DNA of 43,650 nucleotides, counting the filler, from Catajapyx aquilonaris (lineage: Eukaryota), in NCBI GenBank assembly GCA_000934665.2. It is 2 parts of 2 records of this genome, joined end to end, with 100 filler letters (N's around TTAATTAATTAA, not from the genome) between each part and the next. Parts side by side here need not be neighbours in the genome. Positions count along the whole stretch, not along the records: positions 1 to 21,779 come from JYFJ02005981.1; positions 21,880 to 43,650 come from KZ539450.1. One strand, written 5' to 3'. Of the stretch, positions 21,388-34,696 are shown one piece after another. Position numbers and translations under genes: made by a program. Positions within the stretch are counted from its first letter, which is position 1. The number at the start of each line of letters is the position of its first letter. A model generated the notes under the pieces. The model saw only the letters and a list, made by a program, of their open reading frames with translations. It had not been told where the DNA came from and made no database searches.

Positions 21388-21677
21388 AGTGAAACTCAGT
21401 TTTTAAGTATGTCCTCTACATAGTGAAAAACACTGTCAATGGCCTCAGAAAGTGCTAGGAATGTGGCAGAATTTTGAATATAATTTTTATGACAATTGCA
21501 GATAACTTTTTTTTTTTGCTATTATCTACCATTGTTATGAAAATTAATAGTAAAATTCTGGCAGGTTCCTAGTGCCTTCCGTAGCCATTTGAAATGCAAA
21601 AAAAATTACAAAAACTCAACTTTCAAGTCTATATTTTCACTATTCAGAGAACCAAGATTTAAAAACTGACTTTCACT
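21388..21677. repeat. Degenerate foldback element
   Basis: Terminal 18/19 IR agtgaaa(c/g)tcagtttttaa, plus internal IR blocks (ctaggaa..gcagaatttt / aaaattctggc..ttcctag). Confidence 0.6.
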
Positions 21678-21779
21678 ACCTCATCTCTATATCTATAAAT
21701 AAGGAAGTTTGGATGTTTGTCCCTTATAGAAATCCAGGGGAAGGCCCCTACACTGCCTTAAATTAGCATATTGGGGATT

Positions 21780-21879
21780 NNNNNNNNNNNNNNNNNNNNN
21801 NNNNNNNNNNNNNNNNNNNNNNNTTAATTAATTAANNNNNNNNNNNNNNNNNNNNNNNNNNNNNNNNNNNNNNNNNNNN
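21780..21879. other. Assembly gap containing an artificial TTAATTAATTAA linker
   Basis: 44 N + ttaattaattaa (21824-21835) + 44 N, a six-frame-stop spacer. Confidence 0.9.
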
Positions 21880-22659
21880 CTAACCCCCCTATCCCCCCGC
21901 CAGCCTCCCTGCTGTTCCGTTTCGGGCGATATGATGCTGGAACCACCCCTCCCAAGTCTCAACTACCACCACCCCCTAAGTTAATTTGGCGAGAGGCTAA
22001 ATTTCGCCAGACGAAGGCAAATCGCGGGGCAACTGGGCCGGGGACCGGGCCGCTTGCCTCCCGGACCGTTTTGACACGGTGATGACGGCAATTCCGGTGC
22101 GGATGCTGTATAGCCCCGGGTTGGATCGGGAGAAGAGCGGCTTTCATTGCCCAACCCGCCCCGACTCTTTTTCTCCCGACCAGGCAGCTTCATTTGAATA
22201 CAAGTTCATTCCACTAAGTCGAAGGCGCGCCTTCAGCCCATCTGATCCATCGCAAGAACAACCCCCCCAAGAGGGCTGCTAGGGGCCAAACAACCACCAA
22301 TGTCTGATGCAAACTGGTGCAAGAAAGCCGTTGTCTGCATGCACAAGTATTCCAATATGTTAGGGATATATCGGCGGTTGGGTATATACAGTTGGTTAAT
22401 GTGTGTAGTGCCAGTATAGGTTGTTTGTTTTTCCAACTTTTGAGTTGGCGTTAGTGTCACGTAGTTGTCAACATGTTAATGCTTCATGGCATGGTGTGGC
22501 TTGATGTGGTCGAGCGGTGGGAGGATGGCAGCTGGGGTCGGGGAATGGGTCGGAATCGGTGGCGGATATGGCGTTCTTTAGCCGGTTATGAAGGTTAGGT
22601 TAGGTGACTCTTGTACGGTGAGCCAATTGAATTGTCCGGTTTCAGGCTGCTTTATTATT

Positions 22660-22917
22660 GGTTATCAAAAGTATTAGCTTGATAATGTAAGGTTGAAATT
22701 CAGAGCTTGGATAGATTATTCAACTCGGTCTAATATTATCAACTAATATTTTGATAACCACTAAATGTAGCTGCTTCTTGCTCATAGCTTGTATATCCAT
22801 AATTTCCACTCGCCCCTGTAACCTCACCTTCAATTTTGTCTGTCAGTTACGTTGTCGGAAAGCCCATTCAACGGTATGTTATTCCACTCAAAGTGATATG
22901 TCACAGGGGCGAGTAGA
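22660..22917. repeat. Two adjacent short inverted repeats (MITE debris)
   Basis: ggttatcaaaagtattagcttgataat / attatcaactaatattttgataacc, and actcgcccctgt / acaggggcgagt. Confidence 0.5.
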
Positions 22918-23879
22918 AATTAGCATGAGCCGCAAGACTTTTACCGGTACGGTTGTGGGCTAACTTATGAAACACAGTACATTTCCATCCTATTTACATA
23001 TGTAAATGGGATGAAAACTACCACTCATATGAGTGGTAAGTTTAGTTGTTATAGATTGTTATATTGATTGTATTTAAAAATAATTTCTATCTACTGTTAT
23101 TATACTGTTAATCCGCCTGGCTTCGCTGCTAGTTGTGGTTTGTAACTCGAGTCGTGTGTGGCATTTTTATTTCAGCACTTGGTAATAAGCTTAAGTTGCT
23201 ATTGAATTGAGCGGATTTTTCTGAGAATACTGCCACACAACATTGTGGCTTTATTGACATGGGCATATTACTCGAGTCACATTACAGGGTGGTCCATAAT
23301 ACACTGGAATGTCGCGTTCATGAGAGACGATATAAAGCGTTGCAGGAGCGCGTTTGACGTCTTTCCCTCTTACATAATATTAATTAGACACACCTTTGAC
23401 ATGAGGCAAATTTATTTAGAACAGTCAACATTATTCCAGCTGATTCTTAAAACATGGTTAGTCTATACACTCTACATGGCCGCGTTATAGGAATATTGCA
23501 AAATTCCTTGTAAACTGAAGATTATATTTCGAACATAGCGCCTTTTGTAGGACTCCTTCAAGTAGCTAGACTATCTTTGTCGGCACTAATAATCGCAAGT
23601 AACCTTTACTCGTACATTCCAGTGTTTCTTTTTAAAGTGATTACACGTAATTACGAGTGATCGTAATCAGTGGGGTTAACAGAGAAGTAACCAATCCCTC
23701 GGTGTCACGTGATTTTTCTGCGTCACCCGAAGGATCAAGCATTTGTTTCGTCTGCACGAAGAATTTGGTCGTTGCACGAACGTATTCGGTTTAAAAGATA
23801 TTTAATGGCTCATACCCAGCGCCTTAGACATGTTATTTATAAGTAACGGGGTCATTTCGCGGCTATACTTCATGATGTA

Positions 23880-23976
23880 CAGTCATGAGCAAAAAGATGG
23901 CGCCCCGTCTATATACTGTATACTGCTGTAGTAGGCTATAGCAGACTGGGCGTCCCCATCTTTTTGTTGGCGACTG
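23880..23976. mobile_element. Small Tc1-like MITE
   Basis: TA|cagtcatgagcaaaaagatgg ... ccatctttttgttggcgactg. Confidence 0.55.
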
Positions 23977-24992
23977 TGTACATTTTGCCAGAACTTACGC
24001 CACAACTAGTAGGATATAGCAGGCTCATCGTGTGATGAAAGTACAGTAGTAAGTAAACAGATTGCATGCTACAAGAACGAATCCGAAAGAAATGATGAAA
24101 GCGAGTGCCAATTAGAGAAATACAGTGCATTTATTTGCATTTGAAATGTGAAGAGCGGAAGAGAATCATCATTTAACCAAAATGTACATTAGTGGGGACA
24201 AGGGTTTGACCCGGGCAGTACATCCTGCGTGGTAAGAGCCCGCAACAAAACGTAGAGTATACAGCACCCTTCCCCTCCGAAACAATTCAGCTTCAGCAGG
24301 TCTGCAGTGGATGTGGACACATATCCCATCAACAGCCAGGCTTCCTGGGCCATTTTTCGGTGGAGCCAAGCACGAAATCACACTAGTTACAAAGTTTCAC
24401 ATGGTGCAAAATAAACCGAGGGGGAGTGTGTGTGTGTGTGTGTNGGGGGGGGGGGGGGGATAGGAAACACAATTAGCCGGGTAAAAGAGAGGAGGGGGTT
24501 GGTTGAAATGAAGGCTAGCGTCTGTTGGTGGTGGATATAGTGAATTTTGGGGTGTCTCCAGCTTGGCCGAATCGTGTTGGGCCGAATGCGGCATGCCAGT
24601 GCGTTCGGCCGAATTTTAGAGGGAGGGACGTCCCGAAATGGGACAGGATCGTGAGGATTTTGGAGCCGGATTTTGTAGCAGCAGCAGCTTCAACCCGGTG
24701 GTAGGGTAGACGATTGCATCCGGATAATCGCGCTCCCATCGCCGCCATGCCGTTATCAACTCGTGTTAATTATTTCGGCGGAGCGGGACAAGAACGTGGT
24801 TGCGGCCCGTAATGTCCCTTCTAACTGCACCATCCCGCCCCCATACGTTCCTATGTGTGTGTGTGCAGACGTGCAGTACGTGTGGGCAAACTGCATGCCA
24901 CTTTGGAGTATGCTGCTTTTGTGTTGTGGTGCTGGATTAGGGGGAGGGAGGGAGGAGGGCCAGGGGGGGATAGGAGTTTCGATAACCCCCCC

Positions 24993-25206
24993 NNNNNNNN
25001 NNNNNNNNNNNNNNNNNNNNNNNNNNNNNNNNNNNNNNNNNNNNNNNNNNNNNNNNNNNNNNNNNNNNNNNNNNNNNNNNNNNNNNNNNNNNNNNNNNNN
25101 NNNNNNNNNNNNNNNNNNNNNNNNNNNNNNNNNNNNNNNNNNNNNNNNNNNNNNNNNNNNNNNNNNNNNNNNNNNNNNNNNNNNNNNNNNNNNNNNNNNN
25201 NNNNNN
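24993..25206. other. Assembly gap
   Basis: Run of N between poly-C flanks. Confidence 0.95.
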
Positions 25207-28200
25207 CCCTCTGGCATGAGCTGTAATATATATGTGCCTCCCCCCTCCCTCCCAGCCCGCCTCTCCCTGACTCCCACCCCCCACACAAATGCCGCCTCCG
25301 CCTCTCAACTAGGGACTCTGTTTGTATTCCATTTGTCACATTGAATAATGGAGGCCGGCCCACTGTCTTGGTTATCCTCAACATCTCCCCAAGGAGCAGC
25401 ATTGAAATTAAGAGACAACAAGAGAGCATGCCCGCTTAAAAGGGCTCCATGTTCCTATAGTGGTCAACAATCGAACCAAGTATCCGCGGTAGCTTGATTC
25501 AAAATAGATGACAGGGGAATTCGATGCTGCGGGACAATACAATGCACAAATTATTAGGTAGATATTTCTGAGCTTTTTAGGCAAGTGTTAGGTGTGTTGT
25601 GGATGGCAGGGCATCGTACAGGTCGCCTTTGCTGGCCCGTGTCCAAACTGCCAGGCGAGGTAAACAAGAGACATGAACGCGCGTCCTGGAATGCAAATAT
25701 AGGCCTCGGAGAGGAGTAATGTGGGCAAGCTACCAAAATAAAATAAAATTGCCCCCAGGGTTGCAGTACACCAGCATCGAGGTCGGCCCAAGCTGTGTTG
25801 GGGCTGGACATGGTTGCTGTTGGCTGTCAGCGGGTCTGAATTATAGATATTGCTTTTGAAGAGGTGTCGTCGTAAGTCATTTTTATCACACGGGGCCCGT
25901 TGTGGTGATGTGTGAAGGAGAAGTGTTTCAAAATAATGAACAGCGTTGTTGTCCTTTTCATGGCGTGTAATATGCTTATTTTTATGCTGTCTGAGCTAGT
26001 GGCTGAATCTATTTTTGCGATGAGTAGTATTATGTGACAGAGTGTCGGTGTCTCGTGCCAGTAATCCCATGTTGTCATAGCGGCACAAACGCAGTGGATA
26101 CAACCGCAGGTATTTTGCGTTCCAGTACTCACACCGCGTCAGTTTATTTTGTAAATAAATACGCGCTTGTTGACTTAGCGAAAGAAACGAGAGAAGCTGA
26201 TAACTCAAGTTGAGGGTGAGACGGCATTAATTTGAAGATGGATTAGGCATGAGTAGCCGTGACAATGGAACGTGAAGACCACGATAAGGAGAAACAGTTG
26301 AGCCAACTGATGCCCCAAGTTTTGCGATCACATTAAATGGAAATTCGCAGAAGACAAGGCCGGAACTGTAATTATGATGGATGTAGCCCTTCACGCCAAA
26401 AGCATGGCACTAAAGGACCTCCATCTTGGTGACAGTGTAGTTTGGGGACCATTAGCTTTCACCGGATGAACAAACTTGGGGAGACTTGGGAAGGATGGAT
26501 TTGCTGTCGAGGTGGAAATACAGTTATTTCCAACTGAAGGCAGGGGCTATGCAGCAGCAAAAGGGGGGGTCTCTGGGAAAATGAGCGATGAGGACCTAGG
26601 CAAAATTGTGCTGACGCATACAACATTGCAGTTTGGTGACCCCCCGCCTCTCTTGTGGTGCTGTATACATCCAAAAGTACGGGGACGCAACAGCTGTGGC
26701 TTTCTGGCTTTGTAATGAGGTTGGTTTTGCCGGTGGGTTGCTTGGTGGTTGAGTCGCCATCATCAGAAAGCCCCACCCTTTTCCTTCCTTCCGAAACTTC
26801 ACCCCCAAAAAAACTAAAGTGGTTATTGTAGTGCAAGGGGGGGGGGGGCTGGAACAATTATTGGTGGCAGCCAGGGAGATAATCCTACTATCTGGTAGCG
26901 CCTTTTGTTCTGCGGCATTCTCCAGGTCACTCGCCCGATGAGGTCTTCATTTTCCCGGCTTTTTATTGATGCGCGCGGGTTGTTGGCGCGATGATATCGT
27001 AAAGCACGATAACAGGGTCATTGGAAGAGCCCGGGCTGGGCCATAATGCAACCGGAAGTGATTATTATGTAAGTTGGCGGAGCCCGGGTTTAGTGCAGGT
27101 CGGACCAGATTCAGACTGGGCTGGATTTCATCTCTGATCGAGCCAGAGCGTTATTTTGGTGTTTTACACACAGGATTTTTTTGAGGAAGGGGGGGGGGGG
27201 GGGGGNGTGTTGAAAATGGAGTGAAGCAGCTCAGTTTCTTCCCGGGCGGAAAATCGGCCATGGATTGTACTATTGGAGGTTCCCGCTTGAGATTTGCGCT
27301 CCAAAGGACAAGAAAAGGCCCCTGCAGCCGACGCCTTCAATCAGTCACGGTTTTCCTTTGCCGCGTACGGCCTCCCCAACACCCCCTCGACACCCGGAGT
27401 CTTTCTGCCTCTTTTGCCAGGAGTCTTGTCCCCTCCAATCATAACGATTCCGAGGGGGTGAAGTGTAGTTGTGTGTGTGTGTGTGTGTGTTTTTTTTTTT
27501 TTTTTGTCTGCTTGATTCACTTTTATGATGGGTGCATCTCATTACGTTTATCCGGACTCGCCAGTTTTGTGATGTATTTATGGGAGCCTAATTGACTGCG
27601 ACGTGCTTGTAAGCGTCACGACCGTACGTACAAATGCAATCGATTTGATACATTGTAGGGTACACAGGAATATTTAGTGCTTGATTGCAGCTGTGGTGAT
27701 ATGAGTAGGTATAACAAATGGGGGAAAGTGTTTCTGAGAAAAGAATAGGCGTTTATTGTATGGGACGCCTGATCACAATGATAACTGGGTGGTTGTGTAC
27801 ATACGTGGATTGATGTGGGGTATTTCCGCGTGTAAAGAATGATTCTAATCATATATACTGCGTACTATCTTCACAGCTGATAAATGCCAACTTTTGCTTT
27901 CTTATAGGAACTTTGCAGGGCAGGGTATATTGAAAGCCCTTTGATCCATGCTTGCACGGATAAGATGCTGGAAAGTAGCATACAGATTACAATGAAACAT
28001 ATACCTGCTTGGAGGGATTTCTGAATCGCCCTTCGCACATATCTAGATACAGTTCTTATCATCATAACCTGGAGAAGCCTCTCAGAGCGTGCTAGTTTCG
28101 CTGTCTCTTTGGGATTTTCCTGGGATCATAAGATTATTAAATTCTCTTGAGGCAGCAGGATAGGAGTAGAGAAATAAAAATAAGGGTTAGTGCCTGTCTT

Positions 28201-29393
28201 ATGTGCTAAAAGGTGACAACTGTATCTACTTTGCTTCAGTCATCAGAGTTTGACGTCGGTATCGTGCAGAACGAAGCGGGTATAGTTATTCATTTAAAAA
28301 GGGGACACTAGAACACCAAATTTCCGTAGCACCTACTCGGAACACCTCAGAGGACCTCGAAGCACCATCCAAAGTGTACACTGAACTACCAAAGTGACTA
28401 GTACTCCCTCGTGGTGTACGCTCCTCCTCGGCCATAAACTCAGGGTCATGAATGTGCAGTATTATTTCGGAGCGACTGTACAGTGTACATCCTGGTATCT
28501 TATTGGAAAGCAACAGCTGCCTTTCTGTAAACAACGATCCAAGTGTTTTCCCATATGCTGAAGGTAGATTGGCAATAAATCACGCTGTATGTTAAGAAGT
28601 ACTGCTCCATAGCCAATCGACAGAAGTACTGTGCTCGTGTGTATAGGCTACAACTATATTTTTGTGCATTTCAAGTGCTACCCTTGATTCCACTGCAGCA
28701 TAAATAGGAATATTCAGTAACTAATTGCAGGGATTTTTGAGGATATAACACATGGGACAGATTATCTGTGAGAAATTTTAGTACAGTATAACAGTATATA
28801 CAGCATTAGCAGGGAGACTTGATTTTTTTCTGTTGTGGGGTGGGGGTGGATTAGCGGGGCAATTGAATTTAATTAGCAAACGTTGTTGCAACGAGTTGTG
28901 ACTGATGAGGGATATTTTGGATCATGAGATACCGCATACCATGGGTAGTCTATTTCTCCGGGAAGTTCCACAAAATTTTCGGTGCACAAGGAAGTCCCTA
29001 TAACTGATTGTCTCATACGATCTGGCTTTTTGCTTCCTGTTTTATGTTTATCTTCTTCCGGCGGAGCATGGCCACAGTTGAACATTCTCAGCACATAACC
29101 CCAGTAAACAATCAGTCAATATTTCGAATGGAATCATATTATGTAGCGTATATTTCGGAGGAGTAGGTGTTGTTGTTTAGCTGCATTTCTTTTTCTATTT
29201 CCTTATGTAGGGAACCCCACTTTGCATTTTGATGAAGGTTAGGCTACATATACGTTTGTAACTATCAATAAACCATTTTCCAATATATTATGTGTATCAG
29301 ATTTCGGTTTCCATCCGTATCAGTGGAAATATTGAAGCACATATAAGCTTGCCTCCGTCGCGTCGGTGTGGAAGCCGTGTGAAGCTTTCTTTG

Positions 29394-29721
29394 CCTGTTT
29401 TCAAATTATTTATTGTCTGCGCAAGGAATGCATGTGGGAGTGGACACTTTTCGTGTTAAACTATTTACAAATTCCGCTACCATCGAACGTAAAATCGCAC
29501 ACAATGTTGCTTATGTGCTTACCTGCTCTTACCGTCCTTTCCAAACCATGCAGTCCCCACCCCATCTATAGTTGCCTGTTGCAAGATGGCCGCCGAAGTT
29601 GTCTCTAATTTAATTGCATTTCTTCCGATGATAGCGGAAGTTTATTTGTAAATTGTGTAACACGACGAGTGTCCACTCCCACAGCAGGCATTGGGCAGAC
29701 AATAAATAATTCGAAAACAGG
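29394..29721. repeat. Foldback element / long inverted repeat
   Basis: cctgttttcaaattatttattgtctgc...tgtgggagtggacac..tcgtgtta is mirrored by taacacga..gtgtccactcccaca...gcagacaataaataattcgaaaacagg. Confidence 0.7.
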
Positions 29722-32700
29722 TACAGGAAGCCTCATTTACACCAACGCAAACCTCAACTCACGACTGCGGTTCGAATGCGGACTTTATTTATATTGCCAA
29801 GAGGGACCAATCCACCATCCCGGCCAATTCCTGCCATATTGGATCCTTACCTTCGGCAGTGCACCACCCTGCATATTACATCTGTTATTCCTCATTAACA
29901 ATACTAGACAATTGGCTGCAAAATGCACAAATTGCGCAACATGTGTAAATGCTCATTCATAATATTAAACAATACCCTGCAACACTTGCATACGTATAGT
30001 TCAACATCTGCATTTTCCCCATTAACAATTCTCCATAGTACTACCCTGCAAATTATGTGGAGGGAACATCCGACTATATAATACATAAACTGAAAGTAAC
30101 TGAATAAATGTCACACATCATCAGTCAGAACTGCAAATCAGTGTTGAACATTACCTGGAAACACACTGAAAAGCACAAAATACCCAAAGTATGAAACACG
30201 TACATTATGTTGGTGCACCTGGTTATATACTTCAAAATCAAATAACCAAGCCATCAAGCCATGAGTTTTGGAGCGGACAGAGAGACTCACAGGAAAGTCA
30301 GAAGCAGGCGCGTGCGGTATTTCTCGAAGGCGGCTTTCTAGTCGTTATTCCGCGTCATTGTCACAGCAATAACTACATATACTGTAGTTGGCTTGTTTGT
30401 TGCGGGAACTACGAAATGAGTTTGCGTTGCCGGCAATTTTGTGGCAGCCGAGGTTGGCTTCTGATTTTCACACGCGTTGTGGAATCCAGGCTGTGTTTCC
30501 GTCATTGCCTCCCAAACGTTGCACATATTTTCCCGATAGAGCATTGATTATACCACCGTAAATTAACACCAAACTGAACCATAAGCAGGACGATGAATCA
30601 AGGCCTTTATGGGGTGTCATATAGTAATAACTGGAAGGGGAGGGGGATTGAGAAACCGGCCGAACAGCCAGCGATATCACTCGGCTTTATCACTCATTCC
30701 AAACGGAAAATAGACATTCAAAGACCTCATGGCGGCATTTTATCGCTGGTTCCACGCGTGACCATGCCAGAAATTGGGACTTGAACTTAAAGTCAACAAG
30801 CTAATTCGGATCTTAGAGTTGGGGTACGGAGCCTCTCAAAGTCGGTATTGGTTTTACGCTACATATTTCGGGTACCAGGCAAGGTCTATGCCTGGGGACC
30901 TCACCATTAGGGTAATAATCCCATAAAGAGAAGTTCACACCACGAGGAAGGGGGGTTGAGCACCCATTTCGCTCTTCTGGTGGCGTTTCTTGTTTGCCCA
31001 GCAGATTTCTGTCCCACCGTGCTGGGGCGGGTGCCTCCACTTGGGCTCATATTGAAGATGGTAGGTAGCCCTAGCTGCAAGTTGGCAAAAGGCGACGTTG
31101 GCTTTAATCCGGGAGGATTAGCATGTCCACCCGGGGACTTTATTCAGAAGGTTTCTTAGTTGGCATAACCACCCCGGAGCAGATGTGTTTGCTTAAGCAT
31201 CCGCGCCGCCCCCAGATCCAGATTTGAAAACGGTGCTTTGCGACGTGATTTGCAGCCCGCTGACTATGAAAGGGTGGGGGATCATGCAGCACCAGTGAAA
31301 TAACCACCGCTCCTTTTTTTTTCTTCTTCTTCTTTCAATTCTATCTTGGCCTCCCCCAAAAAAAGCGAGTGCAGTGATGACAGTAAGCGCCAAACCGGTA
31401 TTTTGGCGAGGGCCATGTGGACAAAAGAAGAGCACCGATGAAGGGCGGAACATGGCGCCTGTGGAACAAATGGCGTGGGCGGAACCCCCAGAATGCGTTG
31501 CATGGCTGGTCACACTTGAAAATGCAGCCGGGCAAGGGGCGTTAAACACTTGCTGGCGGAGAACTCTGCCCTTTTTTATGTCCCATCCGTATTATTAAAA
31601 GGCATAACTGGGAACCGGTGATTATTTGAAGAAAGAAATGGAACGAGTTGTAGTCGGTTGAGTAAACCCGCACGGTGGTGATGGGAACACCTTCATTTTG
31701 TTCGACCAGGGTTTATGGCATGGGTGTATAATACGGGAATCACACCACAGCGCTCACGAGTAATGATACGTGTAATCAAATCCTCATTTGGATCCGCACT
31801 AATTTCGAGTATTCACTCCATAACGTTTGTAATGCCTTAACGTGTGGTGTGTCGAGCAGTTTAATGCTTTGTGATAAGTCGTCTTTTCCCCCCCTCCCTC
31901 CTCCCTCCCTGCCGAAAAAGCAAGTTGGCTTAATTCCACCGCTTCCTTCCTTATTCCCATATCCAAAGCCAAGTAGTCTCCCTTCCCCGTCCCCCCCGCA
32001 GCACCCCTCCCCCAGCTTAGCTGAAATATTGCCATCTTTGAGAAAGGGGCGATCAATATTCAAATCCAAAGTTAAGTTTGAAGATCTGGCAGCTCGCCTT
32101 TGCCTAATAATGGCCCCGGGCGCGGGAATTAGGTGGCGAGCGTCGGCACGGTGCCGCATGCGAATGGGGCTTGGCCCCCCCAATTAATGGGCTTCCTGGT
32201 AGCAGCCGGATGACGCATGGCCGCAGAGCCTGCCCATGCATGCCAGAACTCCAGGAGGAGGAGGAAGGATGATGGTGCTGGTCCTTGCCTGCCTGATCAT
32301 CACCTGTCTGCCGCCGAAGCTGTTGTGCGCTCCTCACCAAAAGAGGGGGAACCGACTTGCCTCTCTTGGCGGTAAACAGACGCCACTTTCAAGGGAGCAG
32401 ACTCAAATTGGAATTTAATTCGAATCCTGGCGTTTCTGACGAACTGAATGCACTAGGCTCGGTTTCTGGAGAAGAAAAGGAATGGTAAACCTGATTTTTA
32501 CGGTGGTATGGAATTTTGCCACTAGCGAAAAAATCTGGCTTTTTGTATGATGCTTACGGTGAAACCTGTCAGTTGCGGAGTCGCTTTCGTTTCGAGAAAA
32601 AACCCTGCTCACTGAATATGTTTCAGTTACATGGGACAAATACCTTAAAAATCCTCCTCCGGGACAAAATAACTGTCTACATTGGACCATTCTTGGAAAG

Positions 32701-34539
32701 ATAGCAAGTTACATTTCGAGCTGTAAAGAGCCACTCAGTATCAAATAATCATTTACGAATTCATCCTAGCTAGCCGAAAGACACTTGACAACATATCTTG
32801 ATTTCTGCACGCGAGATGCAACTGCGGTGCGCACTTCAAGTGCACCTTCAAGTGCTACGTTACAAGACTTGCAGATGTTAACGTGGCAGAATTGTTGTTG
32901 GGCATAATTGTTTCAAATTATTATAACAGTTTGGTGTCGGTCGCTGATTCACCCCCGAGACTGTCATCTGTCAGTTGATAATCTTGCCTTAGGAGCAGGA
33001 AGCCGAATTGCATTCACACCTCGAACGCGCAAGTACAATCGCGTACGCGCCATAAAACTTGCGCGCTGGTCTTATTTTCTTCTTAATTATTTTTATCGCA
33101 ATTTGGATACCATGACGCGCATGCCTCCGGTCACGTGTATATTCGCACGAAAGCGCTGAGAAGATTTCATATCGTGTCCCCCCCCCCTCCCCCTCCATCA
33201 GAGGACGCGATGCATATGGGGACAAAAATTGGGCACCGCATTTGCAGCAATCAGGTTGTGAGCCAAGAAAGAGGAGAAACCATGACGTGTTGAGGAGTCC
33301 CACCCGAAGTTACTGTCGTTTATTTTCACGGTAATTAAAGGGAGTAATTAGCGAGGGCACTGTGTGGTCACGTACACATAATGAAACGGCTTAATTTCNG
33401 GGGGGGAAGGAGAGAATGAAGTTTCTTGGGAGGTGGGGGGTACCGAAGAAAGTAAGAAGGAAAAAAAAAGTGTAGTAATGGAAGAGGCCTGGGAGGGGAA
33501 AAGTTGGAGGTCAAAAGGGGGCGTCGGAAGTCGAGAGAGTGAGCGGGGGAAGTTATTTGCCATCCAACAGCGTCAAGCCCCTGGCCGTAAAGAAAGCGAT
33601 TCTGTCGTTATGGGTCTCATACCATTTTGCTTCCTCGCCAGTCTTTTGCAGCCCGCGCGGCTAAAATAATATTCCCTCAGACTCATTCGTGTACCTTCTC
33701 CACTCGTCACTTGCGGGAGGTGAAGAGGCGTAATAAATCTTCAGGCTGGCTGGCTGACTGGGGAGGATGAATCTCGCCATCCGAGAGGAAACTTGCTTAG
33801 GGAGCAGCGACATGCATCCAACCCGTCCCCCTGCAAGGTCTTTTCAAAAATAAAAAAAATAAAAAAAATAGAGGTCGACCATGCTATTCTAACAATTTGA
33901 GCCTAAAAGGGGTAAAATCAGTTTCCAATAGAGGGGGGGGGGNAATATTTATGACATTTATTGCGGGCGGCCTTGTTCATCAGCGATTGGTGACGGGCCA
34001 TGTAAATAGCCTTTTAAAAATTGGATGTGGGTGGGTGTGCATAGGTCTCGGGTATGTGTGCAGGGGGGATTAGATTATGGGCGGCGGATAAAGAGCCCGA
34101 CGATGGGGACATTGTCTAGGGGGGACATATGCAGCACAACGCATCAAAGAACGGCTAATGTACTGTGGGTTAGCCTGGAATAGCGCATCTACTCAACGGT
34201 GTGCCTTCCTGTGCACTTTTCGCCCCTCGGATATGTCATAGTGCTTATTATCGCTTAGATTTATTAAATTATTTTTTTGCGGCTTCGTGAGCGGAGTTGT
34301 AAACAATTCGATGCACATCGCAGACGTGCTTCTTTATGTCCATTGTTAAGGGTGGCAAAAGTTTGAATGTTTTTCGCTGTGGGTCACGTATTTTTTAAAA
34401 CAAAAAACTCAGTGTTCCTGATTGGGGTCTTTTCAGTATATCCCGCAGAAGTTTGTCCAGCGATGGAATTTGACTAGCCCGTCAGATGGAAAATCTAATG
34501 ATTCATAACGAAACGAATTGAGATTTTTTTCACTTGATA

Positions 34540-34696
34540 CAGTTGAATCCGGATATAACAGACTTCAATGGACCACGGACATCAGTCTTATAACTAAGGT
34601 CTGTTATAGCCGAATGGCCAAACAAGATATGGAAGTTTGCCGGGACCGGCCTTTCAAGTCTGTTATAGCCGAGGCTGTTATATCCGGATTCAAGTG
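34540..34696. mobile_element. Tc1/mariner (pogo/Tigger-like) MITE
   Basis: TA|cagttgaatccggatataacag ... ctgttatatccggattcaagtg|TA; internal repeats of tctgttatagccga. Confidence 0.85.

Noticed and set aside
21683..22620. Third Helitron (TC start, gtttg repeats)
   Set aside because: The 5' end looks plausible but is cut by the gap, and no hairpin-CTRR 3' end was located.
26225..26450. Decayed RTE-LINE C-terminus (LRW.GH..R / GRP-like)
   Set aside because: Needs several frameshifts; too degenerate to support without a search.
28005..28119. Candidate upstream exon (minus strand, ending in phase 1) for the coiled-coil gene
   Set aside because: Phase-compatible and open, but with a weak acceptor and no recognisable homology; could easily be chance.
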